From Planctomycetales bacterium (GTDB taxonomy: Bacteria; 4484-113; JAFGCY01), in assembly GCA_022646745.1 (NCBI GenBank), contig CP060262.1, positions 1,470,001 to 1,502,000 on the forward strand: a stretch of DNA of 32,000 bases, written 5' to 3'. Within the stretch, counting starts at the first letter, position 1. Every line of letters begins with the position of its first letter. Below the pieces are notes generated by a model that saw nothing but the letters and a program-made list of their open reading frames with translations, was not told the DNA's origin and searched no databases. Below, one piece after another: positions 31,967 to 32,000 of this stretch. The position numbers and the translations under genes are program-made.

Positions 31967-32000
31967 TTCCGGTAATAATGACTGATGTGATGCAAAGACA

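Noticed and set aside
1-32000. A search by eye for rRNA or tRNA genes, CRISPR arrays, IS elements, transposases, integrases, prophage genes or toxin-antitoxin pairs.
   Set aside because: All intergenic gaps are at most ~250 bp and lack tRNA-like cloverleaf potential or repeat-spacer periodicity. No translated ORF shows DDE, tyrosine or serine recombinase, or phage structural signatures. Absence is judged by inspection only, not by covariance-model or HMM search.

Overview
High-GC bacterial chromosomal segment that is densely packed, with many 1-8 nt gene overlaps and strong GGAGG-type Shine-Dalgarno sites. I support 29 protein-coding genes. By eye I found no rRNA, tRNA, CRISPR array, transposase or integrase. 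The window has six blocks. (1) 1-7869 (+): a respiratory complex I membrane-arm operon, nuoH-orfA-orfB-nuoJ-nuoK-nuoL-nuoM. Two unknown polytopic membrane genes sit where nuoI normally lies. NuoH, NuoJ and NuoK carry extensions, and no nuoN follows nuoM. (2) 7863-10176: plsY and a PP2C phosphatase, divergently transcribed. (3) 10173-14898 (-): a flagellar stator operon, motA-motB-small exported protein-fliL-NHL/FN3 lipoprotein. (4) 15149-25807: a locus of visibly lower GC that looks like a synthase-dependent exopolysaccharide system. It has a processive GT2 synthase and a CE4 deacetylase. It also has two clan-GH-A-like hydrolases, a TPR-esterase and an unknown single-pass protein. No known c-di-GMP receptor module is present. 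Instead the synthase follows a receiver domain lacking the conserved Lys and a membrane-anchored HEAT-repeat protein that is translationally coupled to it. (5) 25854-28406: a small membrane protein, deoC and an MscS-family channel. (6) 28422-31752 (-): two tandem FtsX/MacB-type permeases plus an unknown helical protein. The window ends in an AT-rich regulatory stretch. The best candidates for something undescribed are the atypical EPS locus, the non-canonical complex I membrane arm and the accessorised stator operon. A recurring -10 hexamer-N6-start codon geometry suggests leaderless mRNAs, and it also supports an unannotated 36-aa membrane peptide. All functional calls rest on motifs read from the translations. 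No database search was possible.
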